DNA of 64,000 nt from Macrostomum lignano (taxonomy: Eukaryota): assembly GCA_002269645.1 (NCBI GenBank), contig NIVC01000973.1:1-64000 (forward strand). The letters run 5' to 3'. The notes under the pieces are model-generated. The model saw only the letters and a program-made list of their open reading frames with translations, was not told the origin of the DNA and did no database searches. Within the stretch, counting starts at the first letter, position 1. Every line of letters begins with the position of its first letter. Made by a program: the position numbers and the translations under genes. Below are positions 36,370 to 49,450 of the stretch, in pieces.

Positions 36370-37660
36370 GAAAACTATTTGAAGGCCGATTCACGACAAA
36401 CTAAAGTACATCACCAATCAAAACTATTTGAAGGCCGATTCACGAACAAATAAAGTACATCCGCATATAACAACTATTTGAAGGCCGATTCACGAACAAC
36501 TAAAGTACATCACCAATCAAAACTATTTGAAGGCCGATTCACGACAAACTAAAGTACATCACCAATCAAAACTATTTGAAGGCCGATTCACGAACAAATA
36601 AAGTACATCCGCATATAACAAACTATTTGAAGGCCGATTCACGACAAACTAAAGTACATCACCAATCAAAACTATTTGAAGGCCGATTCACGAACAACTA
36701 AAGTACATCACCAATTAAAAATATTTGAAGGCCGATTCACGAACAACTAAAGTACATCATCAATCAAAACTTTTTGAAGGCCAATTCACGAACAAATAAA
36801 GTACATCACCAATCAAAACTATTTGAAGGCCGATTAACGACAAACTAAAGTACATCACCAATCAAAACTATTTGAAGGCCGATTCACGAACAACTAAAGT
36901 ACATCACCAATTAAAAATATTTGAAGGCCGATTCACGAACAACTAAAGTACATCATCAATCAAAACTTTTTGAAGGCCGATTCACGAACAATTAAAGTAC
37001 ATCAACAATTAAAAATATTTGAATTCCGATTCACGAACAACGTAAGTAAATCGCAAATCAAAAACTATTTGAAGGCCGATTCACGAACAACTAAAGTACA
37101 TCACCAATCAAAACTATTTGAAGGCCGATTCACGAACAACTAAAGTACATCACCAATCAAAACTATTTGAAGGCCGATTCACGAACAAATAAAGTACATC
37201 CGCATATAACAAACTATTTGAAGGCCGATTCACGACAAACTAAAGTACATCACCAATCAAAACTATTTGAAGGCCGATTCACGAACAACTAAAGTACATC
37301 ATCAATCAAAACTTTTTGAAGGCCGATTCACGAACAATTAAAGTACATCAACAATTAAAAATATTTGAAGGCCGATTCACGAACAACGTAAGTAAATCGC
37401 AAATCAAAAACTATTTGAAGGCCAATTCACGAACAACTAAAGTACATCACCAATCAAAACTATTTGAAGGCCGATTCACGAACAAATAAAGTACATCCGC
37501 ATATAACAAACTATTTGAAGGCCAATTCACGAACAACTAAAGTACATCACCAATCAAAACTATTTGAAGGCCGATTCACGAACAACTAAAGTACATCGCC
37601 AATCAAAACTATTTGAAGGCCGATTCACGAACAACTAAAGTACATCGCCAATCAAAAACT
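36370..37660. repeat. Minisatellite, ~49 bp
   Basis: ctatttgaaggccgattcacgaacaactaaagtacatcaccaatcaaaa unit. Confidence 0.95.
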
Positions 37661-37685
37661 ATTTTTGTTTGTGTAGATACACCCT

Positions 37686-37870
37686 CACAAGTTTATCAAG
37701 CTGTTTTCTCATGAACTGCTGCTGGAGACCGGCAAGCAGGCAAAGTTGCAGCTGCTCCTGTCTTTGCAGTGTTTTCTCTTGACTGAATTTGTCTATGGCC
37801 CGAACCCTATTCAGCGCTGTGAAAAATAGAAAATCTCCGAGAAATTCGTTCATGGGAAAAAACAAATTCT
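37686..37870. repeat. Dispersed repeat; inverted copy at ~60425-60620
   Basis: tcacaagtttatcaagctgtttt..catgaactgctgc.ggagaccggcaagca.gcaaagttgc is the reverse complement of the 60425-60620 region. Confidence 0.8.
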
Positions 37871-38289
37871 GCATGGCTGCTTCAGCTGCCTGTGTGGAAT
37901 TGTACAGGAATAGTCAAAAGCAAACAGTCGTTGCTTTAACTCTTTAACTCCTTCATATGCATTTCTTTGCGAATCTGATAGCACGCTTCTAAAAGCAATT
38001 GCAATGCCTGTTGTCTCTGGCCTGGCGTCATTAATTACTGCACCTATCAGTTAAAGGAAATTGACTGAAGGCAACAGGAGTTCAGAACAAAACTGATCCC
38101 GGATCTCTTATTGGCTGCAAAAAACTATTGGTACTGACTTTATCTGTTCTTGGAAGATAACTACATTAGTATTTTGCTTCGACAAAAACGCGTCTAAGAA
38201 GAAGGACAGGCGTAAGTTTGCAAACTGAAGTATCTTTCTTAGACAGTAGTAGTTCATAACTTGTGGTGACGGCAGTTCTGAACTTTTGT

Positions 38290-38728
38290 AGGAGTGACAG
38301 AGCTAGAGGAGTGACAGAAATATAGAGGAGTGACAGAACTAGAGGAGTTACAGAACTATTAAAAGTGTGACAGAACTAGACGAGTGACAGAAGTCCAGCA
38401 GGAGTGACAGTACTCTTATAGGAGTGACAGAACTAGAGGAGTGACAGAACTACTAGAGGAGTGACAGAGCTAGAGGAGTGACAGAACTAAAGGAGTGACA
38501 GAACTACTAAAAGTGTGACAGAACTAGACGAGTGACAGAAGTCCTGCAGGAGTGACAGTACTCTTATAGGAGTGACAGAACTAGAGGAGTGACAGAACTA
38601 CTAGAGGAGTGACAGAGCTAGAGGAGTGACAGAACTAAAGGAGTGACAGAACTACTAAAAGTGTGACAGAACTAGACGAGTGACAGAATTCCTGCAGGAG
38701 TGACAGTACTCTTATAGGAGTGACAGAA
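38290..38728. repeat. Minisatellite, ~17-20 bp with higher-order structure
   Basis: ggagtgacagaactaga unit. Confidence 0.9.
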
Positions 38729-38801
38729 CGGCTGTAGGAGGGATCGGACTCCAGTTAAAGTGACAAGCCAAGCAGAAAAACCGGCGCAAAAGCAGGATCC
38801 A

Positions 38802-39171
38802 ATGCACCTGTCGCTGCTTCCAATTCTGCTCATCTTGCTGTCTCTGTGTAACTCCGAGACCTCAGCAGACACTTCGCAGCGTCAAAGTCATCAGTCGGGC
38901 CCTCCACCAGTGCAACTCGGCGACATCCGTTTGCTGCAACTGCGCCAACTGCTGGCACCCGAGCTGGCCGAATCTGCCTTTGCGGTTGGTTGCACTGCGA
39001 CGAATCTGTCAGCGAGTTGGGCGGAGGTCAGCCCGCTGTTCATCGGGCAGCTGGTGGAGCCCGGCTTTGTCAAGGGCCGGTGGCCGCTCCAGCTCAACGT
39101 CAGCTTCCGCGTTCGACTGACACTGCGCTTGTCGAGCTGCGCTGGCGTCACCGATGCTCTGCCGGCCGCTG
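38802..39171 (+). CDS. Orphan single-pass membrane protein exon 1 (signal peptide)
   Basis: MHLSLLPILLILLSLCNS is a signal peptide. Donor G|GTAACT, phase 1. Confidence 0.6.
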
Positions 39172-39314
39172 GTAACTCACCACGGGCTGAGTGCTGACTG
39201 ACTGTTCGAGCTTCTCGAATTCTTCCTTGTATTTTTCAATGCTGCTTTTGTCAGTGAATTTGATAATCAAGCAGATGAAGCGGAAAATTCCCCAAGTTCG
39301 CTGCAGCAGACAAT

Positions 39315-39715
39315 AAAGCCAATTAAAGCCACTGCCACAGAACTGCTCTCGGCCATAGACAATAAATTCAATCAAAGCCGCTGCCACAGAACTGCTCCCG
39401 GCCATAGACAATAAAGCCAATCAAAGCCGCTGCCACAGAACTGCTCCCGGCCATAGACAATAAAGCCAATCAAAGCCGCTGCCACAAAACTGCTCTCGGC
39501 CATAGACAGTAAAGCCAATCAAAGCCGCTGCCACAGAACTGCTCCCGGCCATAGACAATAAAGGCAATCAAAGCCACTGCCACAGAACTGCTCTCGGCCA
39601 TAGACAATTAAGGCAATCAAAGCCACTGCCACAGAACTGCTCTCGGCCATAGACAGTAAAGCCAATCAAAGCAACTGCCACAGAACTGCTTTCGGCCATA
39701 GACAATAAAGCCAGT
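39315..39715. repeat. Minisatellite, ~49 bp
   Basis: atcaaagccgctgccacagaactgctcccggccatagacaataaagcca unit. Confidence 0.9.
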
Positions 39716-39912
39716 TCTATGGCAGTTCTATGGCAGTGGAGAATGCTGTAGAGGAGTTCCCGTCTCTAGTAATCAATTCTCCCAACAACAACAATAACAA
39801 CACATTGAAGTCATTAGCAGCAACATCAGTGAAATTACTGATGCACATTTGTATTTCATTCAAGTGAAACCGAATGATAGCTCTATAAAATTACACATAT
39901 AAATTCCCTCAG

Positions 39913-40051
39913 CCAATCAGAGCGTGCCAACGTCAACTTTGCTGACTGAAGCGGCCGGCTCGGAGACTCGGCTGAGACAACGGACTCAGCTGCTAGCCTG
40001 CGGCTGCGTCATCTTAGCCATGTGCGCCGCCGCTGCGGCTATTCGATGCAG
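39913..40051 (+). CDS. Orphan membrane protein exon 2 (TM segment), probable GC donor
   Basis: ccctcag|; reads ANQSVPT..LLACGCVILAMCAAAAAIRC; ends AG|GCGAGT. Confidence 0.55.
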
Positions 40052-40084
40052 GCGAGTCCTTTAAACCATCATCACTTTTGATGA

Positions 40085-40410
40085 GTCAAAATGACAGTCA
40101 CGATGACGTTACGCTCGTATAAAGAATAAGCCATTGATTTATGACGTTACATAAAACAAGTCATTGATGATGACGTAACACAAAGCAATTCATTGGTGAT
40201 TACGTCATACAGTATAAACCATTGGTGATGACGTCATAAAGTATAAGCATGTGGTGATGACATCATACAGTATAAGCCAGTGATGATGACGTCATAAAGC
40301 CTATGGCGATGACGTCGGACACAAAACAAGCCATTGGTGATGATGGCATGGATGGAATACAAAAGTTATGAGATAATAAATGTAAAGCCATCAATCATGA
40401 CGTCACACTC
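40085..40410. repeat. Degenerate TGACGTCA-containing tandem repeat
   Basis: Recurrent tgatgacgtcata..aagcca. Confidence 0.6.
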
Positions 40411-40435
40411 ATACGGATCCCCAATGCTACCGCAG

Positions 40436-40532
40436 AAATCGACTGCGCAAGCGGCTACAGCAGTGGGAAGAGTCGGAGTGCGAGGCGCAGTCGCCGCATG
40501 CTCACCCTGTGCACAGGCCCTACGTCTGGGCG
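40436..40532 (+). CDS. Orphan membrane protein exon 3
   Basis: ccgcag|A AAT CGA..GCG|gtaagt; reads NRLRKRLQQWEESECEAQSPHAHPVHRPYVWA; in frame only via the GC donor. Confidence 0.55.
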
Positions 40533-40907
40533 GTAAGTCAAATAATTCGACTCAGTTCGTAGTCTGATATGAAGAATTTTTCAAACTAATAAAAAATCTG
40601 GAACTACAAAAAACAGGAGACAAGTAAGCACAAAATGGAGCCATTACTGCTCGCCTGCCTGATTCTATTCTGTCACAAATACATTTTGGAACTCCTTCAT
40701 TTCTTTGTGAACGAGTAGCTGACAATTGACTGTCAATGACAATTGACTGTCAGTGACAATCAGGATAAGCTAGCACCGATCAAAGTACCTGTCATTGGCT
40801 ATCTGCGCCAGTCAGATGACTGGGTGAACCAACGCGCCTGTGCAATTAGTGGATAAAAATGAGAAAAAACTAAAAGAATTAGAGACAAAGGGTGACAAAT
40901 TGCATAG

Positions 40908-41103
40908 ATGTCGCCAACCGTTCGAACCCCACCAGCGACCGTCGCTCCACTCTCTGAAGCGGCCGTCGTCTGTTCGCGCCGCGGTGCCCCGTCGGTCACA
41001 GTTGGCATCGACAACTACCGCCGCGGACTGCTTAGACTGCGCCCTGCAGCCCGGACTGGAGGTCTGCGATCATTCGCACGCGCCATTCGTCAGGGCAGCC
41101 TCG
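40908..41103 (+). CDS. Orphan membrane protein exon 4
   Basis: GC-rich open frame MSPTVRT..RQGSL with donor G|GTGAGT. Acceptor is weak. Confidence 0.5.
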
Positions 41104-41209
41104 GTGAGTTTGGAGCCAGATATGCTGTGCACGGGACATTGAAGCAGAGTTAGAGTTCTAGAGAGCCGTTCTTACCACGAACATGGCTAGCAATGCCATA
41201 CCGACAAAA

Positions 41210-41795
41210 TAGTCTATGACCAGCCCTGTTGACCACAGGATAGTCTATGGCCAGCCCTGTTGACCACAGGATAGTCTATGGTCAGCCCTGTTGACCACAG
41301 GATAGTCTATGGCCAACCCTGTTGACCACAGGATAGTCTATGGCCAGCCCTGTTGACCACAGGATAGTCTATGGCCAGCCCTGTTGACAGCAGAACAGTC
41401 TATGGTCGACCCTGTTGACCACAGAATAATCAGTCTATGGCCAGCCCAATTGACCACAGAATAGTCTATGACTAGCCCTGTTGACCACAGGATAGTCTTT
41501 GACCAGCCCTGTTGACCACAGGATAGTCTATGGCCAGCCCTGTTGACAACAGAACAGTCTATGGTCGACCCTGTTGACCACAGAATAATCAGTCTATGGC
41601 CAGCCCAATTGACCACAGAATAGTCTATGACTAGCCCTGTTGACCACAGGATAGTCTATGGCCAGCCCTGTTGACCACAGAATAGTCTATGACTAGCCCT
41701 GTTGACCACAGGATAGTCTATGACCAGCCCTGTTGACAACAGAATATTCGGTCTATGGACAGCCCTCTTGACCACAGGATAGTCTATGGCCAGTC
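41210..41795. repeat. Minisatellite, 31 bp
   Basis: gatagtctatggccagccctgttgaccacag unit. Confidence 0.95.
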
Positions 41796-42474
41796 CTGGA
41801 ACGGGAACGGGATTTAGCTTATTTTTAGTCTCCAGAGTGAAAAGGTTTAAACTGCGGTCCACCAATTAAACTGACAATGGACAAACAAAACAAACTGACG
41901 TAACCTAATCTGAATCGGATACAGAAGCAAAAAGATATCAAGCAAACAGAGGTTACTGTAGGTCTAAAATTCCAAGCAAATATGATATAATGGAAGGCTC
42001 CGCAACCCCTGATTAGGTGAATCACTAAACGAAGCCTGATTGACATCTTTGAAACTTATTCCTCGCAAAGCCAATAGACAGTAATCTTTAAGGATCTTAA
42101 CAAAAACCGCGTCACCTGCACCGCGTCACAAAATCAAGCAAAGCCAGTTATGCTGGTTTGTCCCTAAAATGCTTTTGTACTTTTCTGACCGAAACGGTGA
42201 GAGGCATAGGAGAGTGAAGTAAAGTGTCGTGGAATGAGAGGAAAAAAGTGCTAAGCCGTAATTAGGGCAGGCAGAGGGGTCTTAACACTATGATAGCAAT
42301 CTTTCTAGGCCTAGAAAAGCAACATCGGCGGCGACACACAAAGCAGCTCAAAACATGGATATTTTATGAAGACTATACAGTTTCAAAAGTGCTACTTTTA
42401 GTAGATAGCTAGTACCATTGAAGATAGATTTCCCAATTCGGTAGCATCAACTTTCGATATTCCTTTGTTTTCAG

Positions 42475-42593
42475 TCGCCGCAGATGATTCCGCGCAAGAA
42501 GCGTTTTGGCGCCGGTTTGAACGCGCGTTTCTAAGAAACGCCACCTTCCGGCTTGAAATTGAGCCAAAACCTCAGTTTACTACTTACAAGTAG
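42475..42593 (+). CDS. Orphan membrane protein exon 5 (terminal)
   Basis: cctttgttttcag|; reads VAADDSAQEAFWRRFERAFLRNATFRLEIEPKPQFTTYK*; phase 1. Confidence 0.5.
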
Positions 42594-43587
42594 ACTCTGC
42601 TTCATCGTGATTCGTGATTAATCTGCATATTATTAAGTCGTGCGCAACAAACTTCTTTTACTCATCTTTGATAGGCCTGCCTCGAATCAAGGCTTCGAGT
42701 GGCTTTCCAGGCTTGAGCAGCTAATCCCCGCTGTGAGCAGCGCGAATCACCTTGGCGAATAAATCGCTTATCTCTGCTTTCAGGCTGGAGAAACAGCCGA
42801 GCAAAAGAGCGAGTGCTCATAAATAAATATGAGACCAGTGGCGCTGCCCGGATCGCCAGCTTGAACTCCCTCCTCTCTCGCCGGTCCAAAAAAATTCGCA
42901 CTGAAGCAGCAGCCCGTAAACAAGAAGGGGAAGGGAAGAGTAGAGGGCGAGGGGGAGGGCGAGGGCGAGGGCGAGGCGCCGGCACAGACTTTTCATGGTC
43001 TTCCACCCTCTTGACACGCTCGCTATGCGTGCTCGGAGCCGGGACAGGAGGGCGTTAGAGAGTGAGAGCACTAGCGTGCGGTGTGTACACGGACCTGCTT
43101 CTGCTTCTGCGAAAGAAGAAATTCAGGCTGAGGCCAAACGCGGATGCCTCCCAGGTTCAAGTCTGCAATCTATCCATAAATTTCCTGTTAGGATCATCTC
43201 GAGCAGCAGCTCTAGTGGCCCCACCAAAATTAGATTATCGAGCTTGTACTTTCATGCAAGAAATAAATAAAATCTTAATTGCTAATGAAATGAAAAACAC
43301 GCGCTTCTACGACGTATCTTGATGTCTTGTTATTGATAAATTGCATGAGTTGAGGATCGTGTGAAGGGCCAACTCCGGCTCTGCTTTCGTCTGTAAAATC
43401 ATGCGAGCTATTTCCAGCGCGAGAATGCTTCTCTCGGGCTGTGCTTAAAGTCCATCGATGACTTTTAGTCATTAGTGAGACCCTTGCGGCGCACCTGAGA
43501 ACTCTCAATTAGCCAAGTCTTAATGAAGCAGTGCAACTCAACCGGCTGTGAAAACTTTCAGTGATACGAGTACTAAAGAGAACCGAT

Positions 43588-44100
43588 TCTACTGTCTACC
43601 AATCTTAATGTCTACCAATCTTACTGTCTACCAATCTTACTGTCTACCAATCTTACTGTCTACCAATCTTACTGTCTACCAATCTTAATGTCTACCAATC
43701 TTACTGTCTACCAATCTTACTGTCTATCAATCTTACTGTCTACCAACCTTACTGTCTACGAATCTTAATTTCTACCAATCTTACTGTCTACCAATCTTAC
43801 TGTCTATCAATCTTACTGTCTACCAACCTTACTGTCTACGAATCTTAATGTCTACCAATCTTACTGTCTACCAATCTTACTGTCTACCAATCTTAATGTC
43901 TACCAATCTTACTGTCTACCAATCTTACTGTCTACCAATCTTACTGTCTACCAATCCTTCTGTCTACCAATCTTACTGTCTACCAATCCTACTGTCTACA
44001 AATCTTACTGTCTACCAATCTTACTGTCTACCAATCCTACTTTCTACAAATCTTACTGTCTACGTCTTTTACTATCTTACCTATATCTTATTGTCTACGT
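43588..44100. repeat. Minisatellite, 16 bp
   Basis: aatcttactgtctacc unit. Confidence 0.95.
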
Positions 44101-44224
44101 ATTGAACCGGGCACAGTTGCAAAGACAGACAGGAAATGACACAGACTTGGAAGCATATGCAGAGACAGACGGACACATGCACAACAACAGACACAGACAA
44201 CAACAACAAATAGCAAATATGTTT

Positions 44225-45200
44225 TCAGCCAGTCAAGCGTGAGACAACGTCACAGGGCTTGGGCCGGCAGTGGGCGCCGGCATCAGCCAGCAGGCAGTCG
44301 ACGAAACGCCGAGTGCCCACCTGCCCCCGCCGGTAGGGTGCCTGCAGCGTCAGCAGCAGCACCTCCTGCACCGGTTGCGGGCAGTACGACTTGGCTCGGA
44401 TGATGTGGCCTGCCAGCTGGAGTTGCCGATGGCGCAACAGTTCGCAGGGACGGGACAGGCCGTTGCGGCGATAGAGTGCCGCATTGGTGACTCGCTCGTA
44501 GCCGATCTTGAAGGCGGCGCACAGCAGACCTGCTGTTCGAGCGATTCTGTCAACGTCCAGGTCTCGGCGTTGTACAACAGGATGGTCTCGATCTCGATCA
44601 GAACAACGCCGCCCTCTGGCGGTCAGGTAGGGCCTCGGACTGCAGGACGGACTTCACGGAACGAAAGGCAGCCCAGGCAAGTCCACAGCGACGGATCGCA
44701 GGTCCTCTCGAACGTCAGGCACCAGACCGCTGAGGTAGACGAACTGCTGACAGCGCGGAAGCCTCGTCACCTGTTTGTCAGCGCCTCGGCAGAAAATTGC
44801 AGCCTCGGTGTCGTCCGGCACGCAGAGCACGACGGTCTTCTGCGCGTTGACCACCAGGCCGACGCTCGCCACAACGCTCACCAACCGGTCCAGCTGGCGC
44901 TGGGCGCTCTCGACGGTCGAGGACAGCAGGGCGAGATCGTCGGCGAAGCCAAGCACGCTGAGCCGCCTCTCCGGTTGGCGTCGACCCACGCGTCGCTGCA
45001 GCAGGAAGCCGTCGTTGTTAGAAGGGAGGGCAGTCCACAGCACCCAGTCGAGCACCACTACGAACAGGAACGGCGCAAGCGTATCTCCCTGAAGCACCCC
45101 AAAGGATGCCTCTAAGAAATCCGACAGGCGGTCCTATGTCAACACAGCGGCGCTGTCAAGGTACAGCGCTATGACAGCGGAAATCAGCTGCTCTGGTACA
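44225..45200 (-). mobile_element. RTE-like non-LTR retrotransposon 3' fragment (degenerate RT)
   Basis: GVLQGDTLAPFLF, FADDLAL, LLYNAETWTLT, QLQLAGH; contains frameshifts and stops. Confidence 0.88.
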
Positions 45201-46114
45201 CAGACACATGCACAGATACAGGCTCAGACCAACTGTATCTGTGTTCGGCATCGGCATCTGCTGCAGCTTAGCCAGCCAAATGGCAGTTGCACTTTTGCGC
45301 AACCAGGAAGCTTCTTAACTGTGTAAACTGTACTGGCAAGCAATCCCTTTTTCTAGAAAGCAAATTTACTTTACCATTTCAATAGAAGCTTTGAGCAGAT
45401 TTGGATAAAACATTTTCTAGGTAAACTGCGATCGCGCGAGGCTGTTTGACGCACAGTGTGCAATCGGTATTTAACAACTCTGTTTGTATAGTAAAACACA
45501 AGGATTTAATGGCTAGTTGGGCCCTGGTTCCAAGCCTTCTTTCTGTCTTTGTTTGTATGGTCGCAAACATAAGCACTTGCAGATAAGGTCAGCGTTTATT
45601 TCTGCACAGCAAAGTTTAAGTTAAGAATTATTCTAGAAGGCTCTTCGATTCGCTCTTCTGGAAATTGGATGCCACCAGTTTAGATTGTTTAGATGCGCCG
45701 TGCAGGTAAACGAGATGGTTACGACTACACAAGGTTAAATACTAATGTACAGTGATGTAGATTTAACAGATACAAGAGAGCTGACACAGAAATACGACTG
45801 AAAATTGCTACTCCCCATGCAAGTTCTCATGCTAACTGAACAACAGATTACGGATAAAATTTCGACAACCGGGGCTAAATCTGTTCGGAGAGGGTATTTG
45901 ACGTCAGTGAAGTGAGCTTAGAGAAGTAACGTAGAAGAAACGACCGAGTTGCCAGGTCATGCATGGTAATGTTGGAATTATTGCTCTCACAAAATCAGAT
46001 TCAAATTAAGTTTTGTTGAGCCAATGTGGCTGACAAGACTTTCTGACGATGTGAATTTTCGAGACTGTAAAGTTTCGAGCTTTTGAAAGCGACATGCATG
46101 TTTGGCTCTCTGTT

Positions 46115-46402
46115 GATTGTGCGAGGCTGTGGCGGCGGGGACGGGACACACTGGACTGATAACAAATGGTCAGAAGAGTTTAGGGCCAAGTAGAGCTGGG
46201 GCAGTTGTTAATTGTGCGAGACTGTGGCGGCGGGGACGGGACACACTGGACTGATAACAAATGGTCAGAAGAGTTTAGGGCCAAGTAGAGCTGGGGCAGT
46301 TGTTAATTGTGCGAGACTGTGGCGGCGGGGACGGGACACACTGGACTGATAACAAATGGTCAGAAGAGTTTAGGGCCAAGTAGAGTTGGAGCAGTTGTTA
46401 AT
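46115..46402. repeat. Three tandem copies of a ~90-bp unit
   Basis: tgtgcgagactgtggcggcggggacgggacacactggactgataacaaatggtcagaagagtttagggccaagtagag. Confidence 0.9.
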
Positions 46403-46580
46403 TGTCCAAAGCATCGCTTTTGGAAGCGTACACACTGGGTCGGTATTGAAACGTGTATTAGGGGGGAATTCAACGACTTTTTGGTTTTTAGTTTGACACG
46501 CAGGACCGACACAAAAAGGAGGTTAGCTCTGAAATTTTCAATGAACGTCTGCCGATGTTAAGCCAATCAGCGGACAGCGC

Positions 46581-47207
46581 CTAGCGCTGGCACGGCAGGC
46601 AGCGCACGGCGTCAGGCGAGCTGTCCGCAGCGGCGCTGAGGCGAAGCAGCCGGGCGAAGGCGCGCCGAAAGTCGGCGTTGAACACCGTGTAGATGACGGG
46701 ATTCAGCGCCGAGTTGACATAGCCGAGCCAGACGAACAATCGGAACAGGCGCTTCTCCGGCGCGTAGCCCCACGCACCGGCCAGGTAAACTAAAAAAAAC
46801 GGCAGCCAACAGAGGATAAAAATCCCCATAATGATGCCAAGCGTGCGCAACGCTCGGCGCTCCCGGCTAAGAGAAATCTTTTGTCTGGCCCGCGAGTGCT
46901 CTTGCACAGATGTCGCGGCCGAGGCCGGTTCATGCCCGCCAGGGGCCAGCAGCTGAACGGCGAGGCGCGGCTGCCTCCGCGGCGGCACCTGCAGACTCTG
47001 CTGATGGCTGCAGGCGCTGGCCAGGCCGCTTCCTCCGCCGACTACGGCGAGGCTTCCGGCCTCCGGCTCGGCCTCCGACTCCGCCGCTTCCGATGCCGAA
47101 TCCGCGCGCAGCTCCACGGGCGGCGGACGCAGCCGCTGACTGCTCAGATCTTCATCGTCATCAGCTTCATTGTCTTCTTCCTCATCTTCTTTTATCGCTT
47201 TCTTTGG
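46581..47207 (-). CDS. Biogenic amine GPCR, ICL3-TM6-TM7 exon
   Basis: RERRALRTLGIIMGIFILCWLPFF and WLGYVNSALNPVIYTVFNADFRRAF. Acceptor ttgacag|, phase 0. Confidence 0.92.
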   Translation of the reverse strand, partial: PKKAIKEDEEEDNEADDDEDLSSQRLRPPPVELRADSASEAAESEAEPEAGSLAVVGGGSGLASACSHQQSLQVPPRRQPRLAVQLLAPGGHEPASAATSVQEHSRARQKISLSRERRALRTLGIIMGIFILCWLPFFLVYLAGAWGYAPEKRLFRLFVWLGYVNSALNPVIYTVFNADFRRAFARLLRLSAAADSSPDAVRCLPCQR

Positions 47208-47974
47208 CTGTCAAATTTGAGGGGGGGGGTAATTGCTCGTCATGGTGAGTTTTGAAGTTTTTTTATTTAGCATTTAACGGTTTCCCAGTGTCACAGGCAT
47301 CAGGCCTCATGGTACCACATCTTGCCTGAGAAGAAGCATGAGCATGAGCATGAGCATGAGCATGAGCATTAGAATGAGAATGAGCATGATTCAATGCTCA
47401 GACTTTTGCACAATCAGACATCAAGCTCATACTCCCAGACTGACCAACAATGACTTGGCCACAACTGTGGGTCCTGTCTCACAGAATAGACTGATGAGTG
47501 CTAGCTGATTGATCTGACCTACTCGTGATCAATTCAATTGGCTAAATTTCGCTGGAAAACAGGTTACAAGCCGCTACCTAATAAGTTGTAAGCTAACATG
47601 GTCGCTTCTGCCAAGCATTTCTTCTGCACTTCTTCTGTGCCTTCTTCCGCCCAACAAATCCTCTCTCGGGAAAGGATCTGCCGCTGACTTGGCCAGCTCA
47701 TATGGGGATCGGAGCAGTGTGGGGGAGCAGGGCGAGGGTTGCTAGGCGGGCGGATCTGGGGCAAGGGACCGACCCCATACCAAGGGTATAAAATACGGAT
47801 TAGAATAAGCAGTTTTATTTGACTGCAGGTAATTTATAGACTCAGCATAAAAATAATACCCGAGTTGAACGAAAATCTTAAATTTAAAGGAATTTCGAGT
47901 GAATCGAGTGAGTGAGAAAATTTTATAAACAAAATTTATAGAGTCGCTTTTCATTTAGCAATTATTCTAATCAT

Positions 47975-48278
47975 GAGATGCATTTTCTCCAATACAGATT
48001 CCTAACTATAGATCTCCCTGGCATTAATTCTAGTCAGGAGATGATGCATTTTCTCCAATCCAGATTCCTAACTATAGATCTCCTTGGCATTGATTCAAGC
48101 CATGAAAAGCATTTTCTCCATTCCAGATTCCTAGATCTAGATCTCCCTGGCAATAATTTTAGTCTGGAGATGCATTTACTCCAATCCAGACTCTTAAATC
48201 TAGATCTCCCTGGCAATAATTCTAGTCTGGAGATGCATTTACTCCAATCCAGACTCCTAAATCTAGATCTCCCTGGCT
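47975..48278. repeat. Minisatellite, ~57 bp
   Basis: gagatgcattt..ctccaatccagact..agatctccctggca..aattctagtc. Confidence 0.8.
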
Positions 48279-49289
48279 GATCGAGTGCTTCGTGAGAGCC
48301 GAAGGCGAAGCTAAAAGCCAAAAGGGCAACAAAGACGGATAAAAAGGCTAAAAATCGTTTCTGCGCCAGTTCACATACCGCAACGGCGCCACTCTCCCTT
48401 GATCTGAGATATCTTTAGCATTCGGTTAGCGCCAGCTTGTTGTTAGTTCATTTCCTGTTATTGAGTCTCTCCCCAGACCCTCAACTGTCAACTGCCCCAA
48501 ATGCATGACCTGTCAACGCACTGGACCTATGCCAGTCTACAGAGGCGTATAGTACAGTATCAAGAGTAGAGGATTAACTGCTCAGCTTTGCCGCGGCTGA
48601 CTGTTAAAATTAGCTCAGCCAAAATTTTATTGTTTCTCGTGACAGGGTGATTTGGCTTTAGAATTGCTTTCTTTGACGCAAACTGAAGATTAGGGCAGGG
48701 TTGAAGTTCGGCCTCAGTGTGAGCAAGCTGCTGGCTGGAGAATCAAATGGCCAGCCCGGCAGATTAATCTTTCAGGTGAGGCTTCAGTGCCAAACGGTCT
48801 GCATCCGGGGAATGAGGTGACAAATGGCCTATTTTTGGCAAATCAAATCCAATTTATACTTGCGAACATAAGCGCACACGGCTCATAATTCATAAGCTCA
48901 TTGCTCCGACATTTGGCCTCATTAATTCGAATTTTCCACGGTGCAGCTTTTGACTTTTGACTCGATGAAGGGTGGAAGAGGGGAGACTGCAAGCACTGGG
49001 CACTGATTGGATTTTGGTAGAGAGTTTTCCCATTTAACAGTTCCCCTGTGCTGCCTGGCCCCGGAGTCTGGCAGTCCACGGCTATCCGTAATCTCTTAAG
49101 CCCCGAAAATTCCGATCTAATTCGTTTAATAACACTCGAATTTTGCCTCCGTTCCCTGCCAACTCGAACAGTTATTGGATTATGCCGCTGGCGGAGTGCG
49201 CGCAATGCAATTTGGCTCGGAGCCTGCTGCTCTAGGGCCTGGGTGGGACCTGCCCACCACATCACTCTGTTCTGAAGCTCTCAGCATCA

Positions 49290-49315
49290 CTGACTGACTG
49301 ACTGACTGACTAACT

Positions 49316-49366
<51 letters not shown>

Positions 49367-49383
49367 TGACTGACTGACTGACT

Positions 49384-49434
<51 letters not shown>

Positions 49435-49450
49435 TGACTGACTGACTGAG
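49290..49450. repeat. (ACTG)n microsatellite
   Basis: Seen directly. Confidence 0.95.

Noticed and set aside
42662-43508. Cluster of short GC-rich ORFs on both strands
   Set aside because: No recognisable domains and no coherent splice pattern. Likely UTR or regulatory DNA.
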